A stretch of DNA of 64,000 nt from Capsulimonadaceae bacterium (GTDB lineage Bacteria; Armatimonadota; Armatimonadia; Armatimonadales; Capsulimonadaceae), in the NCBI GenBank assembly GCA_965215505.1, contig OZ244065.1:896001-960000 (forward strand). The letters run 5' to 3'. Numbering within the stretch: the first letter of the stretch is position 1; every line of letters begins with the position of its first letter. Below the pieces are notes generated by a model. That model had not been told where the DNA came from. It made no database searches and saw only the letters and a program-made list of their open reading frames with translations. This document shows positions 16,174 to 25,876 of the stretch, one piece after another. The translations under genes and the position numbers were made by a program.

Positions 16174-18173
16174 ATCGGCGCGACGCGGTAGGTCTGCACG
16201 CCGGAGAGGCAGCCGTACAGCGCCCAGAGCGCGCCCGCCACATAGTCGCCTAGTATCAGCCCGATGAAGAACGGCAGCGCCTGACGGTACAGCCGCAGGC
16301 CGCCGTAGCGCAGGATCAGCCACTTCACGAGCCAGCCGACGAACAGCGGGCACCACAGCCATTCCAGCGTGAAGGTGCCGGCCAGGATGTACCCGACCGG
16401 GTGGAACGGCCACCAGAGGAAGCGCGTTCGGGCGGCCACCAGCAGCCCCGTCACGCACGCACCCACGGCCACGGCCCAGACGCGCCCGTGGTCGGCGGGC
16501 GCGCGCTCGCCCGTCCAGCCGTCCAGTATCCGCCAGGGGGTGCTGCCCATGGAGGTGCGCCAGTCGTTGACGTGCGCCGTCGCCGCCCCGTAGTGGTAGT
16601 AGCAGGTGAGGATGGCCAGCCACGAGGCCAGCGCCCCGACGACGGTCGCCAGCCCGATCGCTCCGGTGAGGTGCCGCAGGTTCAGACGCGCCTCGGTCCC
16701 GATCTTCAGCGCCTCTAGCTGTGCGGGCATGACCGTGCAGCGGTAGTCCAGGTCCAGCCACTGCATCTGGGTCAGCCCGACCAGCCCGCGCGAGGAGAAG
16801 GCGACGGTGCCCGCACCCGCGATCAAAAGCTGGTGGGGCGTCATGTCCGGCCCGAACGCCCAGGGCAGGCCCGCCTCGGCCCGAATGCGGGCGTAAGCGA
16901 TCACGACCAGCAGGTACAGCGCGAGGAAGGCGAGGGAGGCCCACCAGGGCAGCCCGAGCGCGATCCCGAAGGCGGCCAGCGCGGCAAGGCCGAGGCCCAG
17001 CCCGAGGAGGGCGGCCCGGTAAGGGAGCGGCTCGTCGCGGTCGTCCCCGCGCCCCGGCCCGGACGCCGTCCGCCAGACCTGACGCCAGTAGCCGCCCAGG
17101 CCGAGCAGGGTGAAAGCCCCCAGGCCGAGGAAGCCGCCCAGTCCCTGTTCCCCGAAGTACGGGAACTGCGAGAACCCCCCGCCCGCCCCCGCCTGGTGCA
17201 GCCCCCAGCTCGCCGTCAGGACGGACTCGATCTTGCGGAACAGGTAAAAGAACCAGCAGGAGCAGGAGACGTCCAGCGGCAGGAAATAGGCCAGCCCGAT
17301 GACCAGGGGATAGAAGCCGAGGTCCAGCTCGCCGACGGCGTTCCAGGGCGGGGCGGCGAAGAGGCCCGACCCGCCGAGCTTGAGGGCCGGGTCGCTGGGC
17401 TTGAGCGGGATGAACGGGACGTTGGGCATTAGGAAGCCGGCGGCGGCGAGGTTTTCCAGCACGGAAGCCGCGCCGAAGCCTATCCAGAAGACCCGGCTTC
17501 GGAGCAGGGCGCGGCGGCTGTCTTCGCGGATCAGGGCCAGGGGCAGGACGACGATGGGGAAGGTCAGCCGCTCGTGATCCACCCACCGGCGGCGCAGCAG
17601 CGCGCCCAGGCAGAAAGTGACCAGCAGCAGGACCAGCACGAAACCGCTCCAGACGAGTATGGGTGACAGCCAGCCGCGCAGGTGCGGGCCGGTGAACAGG
17701 GTGGACTGACCGGCGTAGAAGTCCGGCAGGGCGGCGGGGTCGGGAAAGGCCCAGCGCGGCAGCAGGAAGTGGTAGTTCTGCGCCCAGCGGTTTTGCAGGT
17801 CGGCGAATTGGAAGACGTTCCCCAGGCCCATGCACAGGAACTGTGTCATGCCGACCCCGCTGATGCCGATGGAAACGGCCTGCATGACGTAGACGGTGAG
17901 CATCTCGGATGCCGTCAGCGCCCGGCGCGGCAGGAACCGGCGCAGCAGGGCATTCCCCGCCAGCAGGACCAGCAGCACGAAGACGATGCCGATGCTCAGT
18001 GACAGCACCGCGAGTTCCGTGGACTGGGCGACGACGTCCGAGTAGACGTTCCAGAAACACAGCACGGGGACCAGCAGAGCGCCGAGCGCGAGGGCGCGCG
18101 GGGTCAGGCCGGCGGGACTCGGCGGGGGCGTCTCCGAAACCGACTCGGCGGGTTTTTGCAGCGGGACAGTCAT
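16170..18173 (-). CDS. polytopic membrane protein, DUF6785-like (OPT-related)
   Basis: many TM helices; RRWVDHERLTFPI, RIRAEAG, WWPFHPVGY, RYGGLRLY, PFFIGLILG motifs. Confidence 0.72.
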   Translation of the reverse strand: MTVPLQKPAESVSETPPPSPAGLTPRALALGALLVPVLCFWNVYSDVVAQSTELAVLSLSIGIVFVLLVLLAGNALLRRFLPRRALTASEMLTVYVMQAVSIGISGVGMTQFLCMGLGNVFQFADLQNRWAQNYHFLLPRWAFPDPAALPDFYAGQSTLFTGPHLRGWLSPILVWSGFVLVLLLVTFCLGALLRRRWVDHERLTFPIVVLPLALIREDSRRALLRSRVFWIGFGAASVLENLAAAGFLMPNVPFIPLKPSDPALKLGGSGLFAAPPWNAVGELDLGFYPLVIGLAYFLPLDVSCSCWFFYLFRKIESVLTASWGLHQAGAGGGFSQFPYFGEQGLGGFLGLGAFTLLGLGGYWRQVWRTASGPGRGDDRDEPLPYRAALLGLGLGLAALAAFGIALGLPWWASLAFLALYLLVVIAYARIRAEAGLPWAFGPDMTPHQLLIAGAGTVAFSSRGLVGLTQMQWLDLDYRCTVMPAQLEALKIGTEARLNLRHLTGAIGLATVVGALASWLAILTCYYHYGAATAHVNDWRTSMGSTPWRILDGWTGERAPADHGRVWAVAVGACVTGLLVAARTRFLWWPFHPVGYILAGTFTLEWLWCPLFVGWLVKWLILRYGGLRLYRQALPFFIGLILGDYVAGALWALYGCLSGVQTYRVAPI

Positions 18174-18372
18174 GGTGGCAAGGCTGAGAGCGTCGCCGTC
18201 AGATGACTCGTGAGTCACAGCGGCCGGCGGGCACGTCCGCTTACTGTTCGCCGCCTTCGCCCCCGAATCCTCTGAGGCGGGTGCCTTCTCCGGGCAGCGG
18301 TATGACAAGAAAAACCGGCGTTCCCGGCGACCAAGTGGCCGATCCGGCGGGACCGGCGGCTATAATAGAGGC

Positions 18373-19242
18373 ATGACGCTTGAACTCCCCGTGCCGCCTG
18401 ACTTCTCGTTCTCGGAGACTCTGAACGCCCACGGCTGGCGGCGGCTGGCCCCGTTCGCCTGGGACGAGGGCGCGCAGACGCTAGAGCATGTCGGGGAGAC
18501 GGGCGGCGGGGCGGTCGTCCGGCTCCGCCTGCATGAAGCCGAAGGAATAATCAAGGTGGACGGCGACACGGGCGCGCACGAAGACGAGATCACGCGCCGC
18601 GTCCGCCGGATGCTCCAACTAGACCTGCCCTTGGACGCCTTCCACACCTACTGCCGGTCGCGCCCCGAACTCGCGCACATCGCCGACCGCCGCCGGGGCC
18701 GGATGCTCCGCTCCCCCACCCTCTTCGAAGACACCTTAAAGGTAGTCGCGACGGTGAACACGACCTGGGCGCAGACCATCGCCATGACGGCCCGCCTGGT
18801 GGAACACTTCGGGGCGGCTCTGCCTTCTAACCCCGCGCGCCATGCCTTCCCCACCCCGCAGCGCCTCGCTGCCGTGCCCTTTGATGAGTTCGCCGCAAAA
18901 GCCCGCATGGGCTACCGGAACGCCTATGTGCATTCGCTGGCGGTCAGCATCGCCGAAGGTTGGTTCGACCTGGAAGGCTTACAGGACGCGAACCTTGCCG
19001 CAGACGACCTCCGCAAGCGGCTTCTGGCGCTCCCCGGCATCGGCCCTTATGGGGCGGCCTGCCTGATGCTCTACCTCGGCAAGCCGGAACACGTCAACGC
19101 CGACTCGGTGGCCCGCGCCTCGCTCTCCCAGGAACTCGGGCGCGCTGTCACCGACAAAGAAGTGCTGGCCTTCTTCGAGGCGCACGGCGAGTGGCGCGGG
19201 CTGGTCTACAACTTTTACCCCTGGAAAGAGCGCGATGTCTAA
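18373..19242 (+). CDS. HhH-GPD DNA glycosylase (AlkA/Ogg-like)
   Basis: FPTPQRL and LLALPGIGPY helix-hairpin-helix. Confidence 0.85.
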   Translation: MTLELPVPPDFSFSETLNAHGWRRLAPFAWDEGAQTLEHVGETGGGAVVRLRLHEAEGIIKVDGDTGAHEDEITRRVRRMLQLDLPLDAFHTYCRSRPELAHIADRRRGRMLRSPTLFEDTLKVVATVNTTWAQTIAMTARLVEHFGAALPSNPARHAFPTPQRLAAVPFDEFAAKARMGYRNAYVHSLAVSIAEGWFDLEGLQDANLAADDLRKRLLALPGIGPYGAACLMLYLGKPEHVNADSVARASLSQELGRAVTDKEVLAFFEAHGEWRGLVYNFYPWKERDV

Positions 19243-20077
19243 AGTGATGGCGGAAACGACCGCCGATGAAGCGGCGAAGAACGCACTCCGAACGCGCCGC
19301 GCCGAGCGCGAGTCGCTGCTGGGCCGCATCACGCGGACGCTGGAGGACGACGACCGGATCGCCGCTGCCTGGCTGTTCGGCTCGATGGGGTGCGGGGAGG
19401 CCGACGACCTGAGCGACCTCGACCTGCGCGTCATCGTTGCCGATGAACATATTGAGGCTGTCTGTGCTGACCGGCGGGCCTATACCGCACAAGTCGGCGA
19501 GGCGGTGCTTTTCGCGGAGGCACCGCAGAACCGGCCCGCCGGGGGCGCATTCCTGCTGACCCTTTACGCGGGCGAGTTCGGCCCGCAGGAAGTAGACTGG
19601 ACCTGGCAGCCGCTGTCCGGGGCATGCCTGTGGCCCGATACGCGCGTTCTGCTCAACCGCGCAGGGCTGACGCTGGGGGAGATGCCGTGGGGCTACCAGC
19701 CGCGCCCCGCGCAGACTGCTTTGGAAGAGGCGGTGCAGCGCGTCACCAACTTCTGGGCCATGCTGCTCATCATCGCCAAGTACGCCGCCCGGACGCCCGG
19801 TGAAGACACGATGGGGCTGGTCGGGATGTCGGTCCAGCCGCTTCGGGAGGTCGCTGAGTACCTCGGCCTGACGCCCCACTACACCATGGACAACCTGCCG
19901 CCGCACGGGCGGCCGGCGGAAAAGATGCGCCTGCTGCGCGACCTCGCGGGGCAGATGGAGGCGCTGATGCCCCCAATCGAGGCGCGGGGCGGCACCGTCC
20001 CGTGGGTCGCCGTGCCGCACGCACACCGCTTCCTGGACATGGTGGAGGCGACGATGAAAGTATCCCAGCATGAGTAA
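19235..20077 (+). CDS. nucleotidyltransferase domain protein (aminoglycoside adenylyltransferase-like fold)
   Basis: WLFGSMG...DDLSDLD pol-beta motif. Confidence 0.78.
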   Translation: MSKVMAETTADEAAKNALRTRRAERESLLGRITRTLEDDDRIAAAWLFGSMGCGEADDLSDLDLRVIVADEHIEAVCADRRAYTAQVGEAVLFAEAPQNRPAGGAFLLTLYAGEFGPQEVDWTWQPLSGACLWPDTRVLLNRAGLTLGEMPWGYQPRPAQTALEEAVQRVTNFWAMLLIIAKYAARTPGEDTMGLVGMSVQPLREVAEYLGLTPHYTMDNLPPHGRPAEKMRLLRDLAGQMEALMPPIEARGGTVPWVAVPHAHRFLDMVEATMKVSQHE

Positions 20078-20609
20078 GCTGCTCGACTGCGTCAACGACG
20101 ACCTGACGGCCTGGCTGCACCGGCAGCACGTCTTCTTCGTCGCCACCGCGCCCCTGTCTGCCGGGGGCCATGTAAACTGCTCGCCCAAGGGCGGCGACTG
20201 CTTCCGGGTCCTGAACCCGATGCAGGCGGCCTATCTGGACTTCACCGGCAGTGGGGCGGAGACGGCGGCGCATCTGCGGGAGAACGGGCGCATCGTCCTG
20301 ATGTTCTGTGCCTTCGAGGGCAGGCCGAACATCGTGCGCCTGCACGGGCACGGGGAGGTGCTGACGGCGGACTCGCCGGAGTTCGAGGCGCTGGCATCCG
20401 CGTTCCCGTCGAACCCCGGTGCCCGCGCTCTGGTGCGTGTCAGCGTCACGCGCGTCTCCACCTCCTGCGGGCTTGCGGTCCCCTTCATGGAGTTCGAGTC
20501 GGACCGCGACACGCTCGATCAGTGGTCCGCCGCCAAAGGCCCCGAAGGGCTGGCCGAATACCGGCAGGCGAAGAACGCGCGGAGCATTGACGGCCTGCCT
20601 GCCCTGTGA
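20070..20609 (+). CDS. pyridoxamine 5'-phosphate oxidase family FMN-binding protein
   Basis: FFVATAP, VNCSPKG, DFTGSGAET, MFCAFEG, SCG motifs. Confidence 0.88.
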   Translation: MSKLLDCVNDDLTAWLHRQHVFFVATAPLSAGGHVNCSPKGGDCFRVLNPMQAAYLDFTGSGAETAAHLRENGRIVLMFCAFEGRPNIVRLHGHGEVLTADSPEFEALASAFPSNPGARALVRVSVTRVSTSCGLAVPFMEFESDRDTLDQWSAAKGPEGLAEYRQAKNARSIDGLPAL

Positions 20610-20618
20610 GATTCGACG

Positions 20619-21467
20619 ATGAAACTGGCGATTAACTACTCGCCCCAGGCGGAGGCGCTTGCGGCACAGGGGGCCATTGATTTCGACCGATTCAAGTGCC
20701 CCCCATCCTGGGACCCAGTCGTGCCCGCGCATGCACCGGACCTGCATGCGCGGGCGCGGGCCGTGCGCCCGGTCTACCTACACTTCCCGCTCAATGCCGG
20801 GGACGGCAGCCTGCGGACGACCGACTGGGGGCGAATCGAGGCGGCCCTGGCGCAGACGGACACGCCGTTCGTCAACGTGCATCTCCAGGCACTCGCCCAG
20901 GACTTCCCCGACATGCCCGCCGACACGACCGACCCGGCCCACGGCCGGCGCATCACGGACGCTCTCGTCCGGGATGTCGGCCTCGCCGCCGAACGGCTCG
21001 GGCCGGAACGAGTCATCGTGGAGAACATCGTGTATTCGGGTGCGGGCGGCAAGGTCCTCCTCCCGTGCGTTGACCCGACCGTCATCGGCGAGGTGGTCAG
21101 CCGGACGGGATGCGGGCTGCTGCTGGACACCGCCCACGCGCGCCTGACAGCAGCCGCGCTGGGGCAGGACGTTCGGAACTATGTCGCGCAACTGCCGGTC
21201 GGAAGGTTGCGAGAGCTTCACGTCACCGGCGCACGGCCCGAGGCGGAACGGGGGCGGGACAGCATGCCGATGGGGGCGGAAGATTGGGCGCTCGCCGAGT
21301 GGGCGATGGGCCGCATCGGTGAGGGCGCGTGGGGCCGGCCCTGGGCAGTCGCGTATGAGTACGGCGGCGTCGGCCCCATCTTCGCAAGCCGAAGCGAGGC
21401 CGCCGTGATCGCCGAACAACTGCCCCGCCTAGCGGGGCTGATCGCCGCCGCTAGTCCGCCAGGCTGA
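20619..21467 (+). CDS. DUF692-like multinuclear iron TIM-barrel protein
   Basis: VNVHL, IVEN, GLLLDTAHA, RELHVTG, YEY motif order. Confidence 0.7.
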   Translation: MKLAINYSPQAEALAAQGAIDFDRFKCPPSWDPVVPAHAPDLHARARAVRPVYLHFPLNAGDGSLRTTDWGRIEAALAQTDTPFVNVHLQALAQDFPDMPADTTDPAHGRRITDALVRDVGLAAERLGPERVIVENIVYSGAGGKVLLPCVDPTVIGEVVSRTGCGLLLDTAHARLTAAALGQDVRNYVAQLPVGRLRELHVTGARPEAERGRDSMPMGAEDWALAEWAMGRIGEGAWGRPWAVAYEYGGVGPIFASRSEAAVIAEQLPRLAGLIAAASPPG

Positions 21468-23163
21468 CGGCGAAGAGCTTCACGTTCTCGTTGTCCGGCA
21501 GGGTGAGGCTCTTTACTGTCTTCGTGCCGTCCACCTTGAACCCGTAGCCGTAGACGTAGAAGGAGCGCGGGTCTTTCGCGCCGCGCGCCGTCAGGCGGTA
21601 GGGCGTCTTGACCGCCCGGACCTCGCCGGGGAAGCCGCTCGGCAGGAACCAGTCGCTCATGTTCTGGACCAGGGCCCCCGCCGTACCGTCGGTGTAGGTC
21701 ACGGTGAAGGTCTGGGCCATCTGGCTGCCTTCCACGGCGGACCCCAGCAGCCAGAGGGAGGCGTGAGAGCCGGTCGGCAGGGGGATGACCTGGCCGTGGC
21801 AGGCGATCAGGTCGGGTGCATCGGCCCTGCCTAGAGTGAACTGGACGCCTTTCAGCGTCTGGGTCGCGCCTAGCGATGCGGCGGGGTAGCCGTTCCCCTC
21901 CCCGTCAACCCCGCCCGTTTCCGGCGCGGCCGTGCCGCCGCTGAAGATGCCCGCCGTGCCAAAGAACGCGGAGAGGTCCACCGGGACGCTGCTGCCGGGC
22001 GTGACCTCGGGCGAGAGCCGGGGCCGGTCCGCCGCCGCCACAGGCGGGGCCAGAACGCCCTTCGGGTCCGCCTCATAGGCCGCGAGGAACTCCGACCAGA
22101 GGGTGTCCACGTCCTTGCCGCAGTACGACTTGAACATGGAGGTATTGTAGGTCCCGAAGCGGACCGCCTGACTGAGCTTCGTGACCAGCCTGCTGTCATA
22201 GTGCAGCTCGCAGTAGGCGAGGAAGGCGGCCGTGGTCCGGTAGGAGTCGTGGTAGGTGGACTTCTGGGGGTTGATCCGGTAGGTGAAATGCTCCGGCTCG
22301 AACCGGACCCAGCGGATGTAGTCGGCGATGCCCTCCACGAGCCAGACCGGGTTATAGGCCGAATACGCCTGGATGACGTGCGCGGTTTCGTGGACGGTCA
22401 GCCCGGTGTCTTCGGGGTGCGCGCGGCACCAGGCCGAGTTGACCTCCATGACGCCCCCGCCGGTGGCGGCGACCCCGGTGACGCCCGACCCCGTCCGGTA
22501 GACGACGTTGACGGCGTTCGGCGGGATGAACTTGTCGGAGTAGAGCAGCGCCTCGGTGTCCGGCCAGAACTGCTCCATCTGGGTTTCCGCCTGGAGCGCC
22601 CAGGCTTTCAGGTCGTGCGCCTGGGAGATGTCGTAGAAGCCCCGGCCCGGTCCCAGGACGACATGGGATACCTTCACGGGCGACTGGATCGTGATCTCGC
22701 GCACGGCGAGGTTGGGGACGCCCTGGCCGTGCTTCAGGCGGATACGCAGGGCGACGACCCGCGAGCCGCCCAGGGCGGCGTCCGCGACGCCGGTCGCGCC
22801 GAAGTCTGCCGCCTTGCGGTAATAGTTTCCGTCGGGGGATGTCTCCACAAACCCGTTCGTCAGGAGGTCCTGACCCTCGGCGTCGCCCGTCGTGACGTGG
22901 ATGGACTGCACAGGGATGGGGCGCGAGAGGAGGACCAGGAAGTCGTCCCCGTCGCTCATGCCGTGGTCCGACTGGAAGTAAGTTCCAACATCCCCGTCCA
23001 TTGCCATTTCGGGCCGGTGGGCGGCCGTGGAAGGCATCGTGCTGTAGACGAGGGCCTTCACCGGAGCCGGGGATGTCTGGGCGGCGGTCGCCCACCCGCC
23101 GCCGGTCAGGGCGGTCAGCAGAAAAGAGACGGAAAGCAGGCGGCGCAGCGATGTTTGGTCCAT
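21451..23163 (-). CDS. secreted basic-secretory-protein (BSP) family metallopeptidase with F5/8-like N-domain
   Basis: signal peptide; HETAH zinc motif; WLVEGIADYIR; start trimmed to MDQTS. Confidence 0.82.
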   Translation of the reverse strand: MDQTSLRRLLSVSFLLTALTGGGWATAAQTSPAPVKALVYSTMPSTAAHRPEMAMDGDVGTYFQSDHGMSDGDDFLVLLSRPIPVQSIHVTTGDAEGQDLLTNGFVETSPDGNYYRKAADFGATGVADAALGGSRVVALRIRLKHGQGVPNLAVREITIQSPVKVSHVVLGPGRGFYDISQAHDLKAWALQAETQMEQFWPDTEALLYSDKFIPPNAVNVVYRTGSGVTGVAATGGGVMEVNSAWCRAHPEDTGLTVHETAHVIQAYSAYNPVWLVEGIADYIRWVRFEPEHFTYRINPQKSTYHDSYRTTAAFLAYCELHYDSRLVTKLSQAVRFGTYNTSMFKSYCGKDVDTLWSEFLAAYEADPKGVLAPPVAAADRPRLSPEVTPGSSVPVDLSAFFGTAGIFSGGTAAPETGGVDGEGNGYPAASLGATQTLKGVQFTLGRADAPDLIACHGQVIPLPTGSHASLWLLGSAVEGSQMAQTFTVTYTDGTAGALVQNMSDWFLPSGFPGEVRAVKTPYRLTARGAKDPRSFYVYGYGFKVDGTKTVKSLTLPDNENVKLFAVSLAD

Positions 23164-23284
23164 GACCCCTATTATAGCACGGTTGTCAGTGCGGTCGTCA
23201 CCAGGAAGCAGGCGCGTTTTTGCGGGGGCGGCCTCGGGTACATAGTCGGACGTAGCCAAACAACGCCGACGAGGGAGAAAGATC

Positions 23285-23482
23285 ATGCAGAGCAGCACGG
23301 CACCGGACGAGCAGACCGAGGACACAGGGGCGGGCGAGTCCGCCCACACGGGCGCGAACGCGGCTTCCAGCCAGGCAGACGCGACGGCGTCCATGGAACC
23401 CGCCGAGGTGCCGGAGGGCGAGGCCGGCGGCGCAGGCGAGTCCACGCTGACGGACGATGAGGCTGTCCCCAGCCCGTCATAA
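23285..23482 (+). CDS. small acidic, probably disordered protein
   Basis: GGGAGA RBS; 65 aa E/D/A/S-rich; fills the gap between genes. Confidence 0.45.
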   Translation: MQSSTAPDEQTEDTGAGESAHTGANAASSQADATASMEPAEVPEGEAGGAGESTLTDDEAVPSPS

Positions 23483-23490
23483 TCTCCGTG

Positions 23491-23514
23491 GGGGCGAACA
23501 CGGAGGTTCGCCCC
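23491..23514. repeat. GTAG-type REP-like palindrome
   Basis: GGGGCGAAC-ACGGAG-GTTCGCCCC between convergent genes. Confidence 0.55.
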
Positions 23515-23535
23515 TCTTGTCCCCGCTTTCCCTCC

Positions 23536-24942
23536 TCAGTTCCCCTCCATCCCCACCGCCCCCGACTGGTAGATGCGCGTCAGGGCGTCCTTCGTGACCT
23601 TCTTCGGGCCGAGGTCGCCGGTCCAGGAGACGAAGTAGGACGGGCGGACGCCGTAGCGGTACATCTTCTCTACGTCCGGCACGCCCCCGAATTCCGTCAA
23701 GGCCAGCAGCTTCCGGCCGCCGTATTCTTTCGTCAGGGTGTCCCAGGTGGCGCTGAGTGGGTCGGTAACGTCGGACGGGTAGGCGTCTATGCCCACCACG
23801 TCCACCACGTCGTCGCCGGGATACCAGTCCGGGCTGAGGCCCGAGCAGTCCACCCAGATCAGGTTGTGCAGGTGGTGGACCTTCGTCAGCCGGTCGTGCA
23901 TCAGCCGCCAGAGCTGCTTGAACGGGCCGGGTCCCTTCGCCCCCCACCAGAACCAGCCTCCCTCGGCTTCGTGCAGCGGACGCCACAACACCGTGACGTG
24001 GGCGTCCGAGAGTCGCTGGAGCTGGGCGGCGATGACATCCATGTCGCGCAGGAGCAGGGCGTATTCGGGCGACTTCGGATCGGCCAGCGCCTTCTGGACG
24101 TCGAACGTCGTCGCGTTGGTGTAGAAGCCCCGATACCAGCGGGCGTCCACGGCTTTGCCCTGGGCGTCCGTCAGCATCGTGTCAAGCAGGCCCGTCGGGG
24201 CGTTCCAGTGCCAGGAGGCCGTGACGATCTGGCCGGCTTTGGCCTGCGCCAGCATCCGGCCCGTCGCCACCGGCTTCGAGCCGTGGGCGACGCGCGACGG
24301 CGAATACTCGATGAAGTCATCCCCGTAGATCGCCGGGGTCCTTCCCGTGACCGTGCGGATGTAGGCGCTGTCCGCGTTCTCGTACTGCCCCGAAAGTGTC
24401 TTCACCCCGTAGAGGCCGACCAGGCGGCGCATCAGGGCGCGCGTCCCCGCCGAGGCGTCCGGGTCGGACAGGGTGAAGGGCGGCTTCACCGGCGGGGGGG
24501 GCGGCGGCGCGGGTACGAGGTCCAGGGAATTGATGTCGTAGTACCCCCACCCCCGCTCGACGGCCAGTGTGTTCGGCCCCGATGTCAGTTCCACCTTCCC
24601 CACCGACTGCGTTGCGAAGGCGTTCCCGGTCTTGGGCAGCATCCCGGAGAGCCTGGCCCCGTTCACGACCAGATCAAAACCCTTCTCCCCCGACGGCGCG
24701 CTGTAGCGGAGGCTGACGGTGTAAATGCCGGGCTTGGCGTCCGGCAGCGTGAAGACGATCTTCGCGCCCGACGGCGCAAAATCCCCCACATACCCCTTGC
24801 CCGTGTAGCCGGGGATGGCCGTGGCGAGGGTGACGCCCACGAGCTGCGCGTCCGCCGCCTCCAGGTGGATCGGCTTGGGTGGGGCGGCCAGTGCCGGCAT
24901 CGAGGTCAGCAGCACGAGCATCACAAATAACAAACGTGACAT
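23536..24942 (-). CDS. GH26 beta-mannanase with N-terminal CBM35-like module
   Basis: WHW, WRPLHEAEGGWFWWG, YPGDDVVD, ALTE; Pro linker; signal peptide. Confidence 0.9.
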   Translation of the reverse strand: MSRLLFVMLVLLTSMPALAAPPKPIHLEAADAQLVGVTLATAIPGYTGKGYVGDFAPSGAKIVFTLPDAKPGIYTVSLRYSAPSGEKGFDLVVNGARLSGMLPKTGNAFATQSVGKVELTSGPNTLAVERGWGYYDINSLDLVPAPPPPPPVKPPFTLSDPDASAGTRALMRRLVGLYGVKTLSGQYENADSAYIRTVTGRTPAIYGDDFIEYSPSRVAHGSKPVATGRMLAQAKAGQIVTASWHWNAPTGLLDTMLTDAQGKAVDARWYRGFYTNATTFDVQKALADPKSPEYALLLRDMDVIAAQLQRLSDAHVTVLWRPLHEAEGGWFWWGAKGPGPFKQLWRLMHDRLTKVHHLHNLIWVDCSGLSPDWYPGDDVVDVVGIDAYPSDVTDPLSATWDTLTKEYGGRKLLALTEFGGVPDVEKMYRYGVRPSYFVSWTGDLGPKKVTKDALTRIYQSGAVGMEGN

Positions 24943-24955
24943 CCTGTTCCTTTCT

Positions 24956-25876
24956 TCATTCCGGGCGGGCATCTTTACCCGGCCAGTCCCAGCGCCGGAG
25001 GTCATCGCTCCAAGCGATGCCGATGCAGGCATAAGTGTCAAACACGGTCCGCTCATCCTCCGGTCCGCTGCCGTGGAAAAACAGGACATACTTCCCGATT
25101 CCTTTGTCATGCCGCAGGTCCACGGCGAATCCTGCCGTCAGCCGCCCCTGCGCCCAGGGCCATCCCGCCTGGCCCAGCGTCAGCAGGCCGTCGTCCCGCC
25201 ATGTCCGCAGGTCGGCGGACCGTTTGAGGCCGATCCCGTTGTCGGGCGAATGGAGCATGACGTATTCGTCCCCTGCCACCAGGATGCAGACATTCTCCCC
25301 GGCCGCGGCCCGGCCCGTGTAGGTCCAGCGCGTCAGGTCATGGGAGTATGCCATGCCGACCCCGTCCTGCTTGAAGAAACACCACCACTTTCCCGGCTCA
25401 TCCTTGTCCTCGAAGAGATACGGGTCAATCATTCGCCCCATCTGCGCGCGCGGAACCTCCGGCCCTTTGACGCGCAGCATCTCCGGCTCCGTCCACGTCT
25501 CCAGATCCATGCTCCGCATCAGCCACAGCCGCGCGTCCCCGGTCCCATACTTTTCCCCATTTGGCCGGGGATAGGTCTGGAGGCACAGGACCCACTGATT
25601 CTCAAAACGGACGACGCTGCCGGGACTGCCGAAGTTCAGGCCGCGATCCGCCGGCGTCAGCGCCTTGGGTGGAGACCAATGCCGGAGGTCGCGGCTCCGG
25701 CTCGTCCCGAGGAACGAGTACACGCCGCCGTCGGGCATCGTCCTCATCAGCGTGAAGAACAGATGCCAGACGCCGTCGTGGTAGACGGCAGCCGGGTCGC
25801 GGTAAGCCGTCACCGCATCGCCCCGCAGGAGGGTCGGTGAGACCAAGGCGCTCAGAACATCGGAGTCGGGAGTCAA
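24956..25876 (-). CDS. five-bladed beta-propeller glycoside hydrolase (GH32/GH43-like)
   Basis: RDP, IDP and repeated SxDLxxW boxes. Confidence 0.7.
   Translation of the reverse strand: MTPDSDVLSALVSPTLLRGDAVTAYRDPAAVYHDGVWHLFFTLMRTMPDGGVYSFLGTSRSRDLRHWSPPKALTPADRGLNFGSPGSVVRFENQWVLCLQTYPRPNGEKYGTGDARLWLMRSMDLETWTEPEMLRVKGPEVPRAQMGRMIDPYLFEDKDEPGKWWCFFKQDGVGMAYSHDLTRWTYTGRAAAGENVCILVAGDEYVMLHSPDNGIGLKRSADLRTWRDDGLLTLGQAGWPWAQGRLTAGFAVDLRHDKGIGKYVLFFHGSGPEDERTVFDTYACIGIAWSDDLRRWDWPGKDARPE

Noticed and set aside
15271-18060. 929-aa ORF as a single protein
   Set aside because: The N-terminal 630 aa is an Arg/Pro-rich off-frame shadow of the membrane protein gene; only 15271-16173 is coding.
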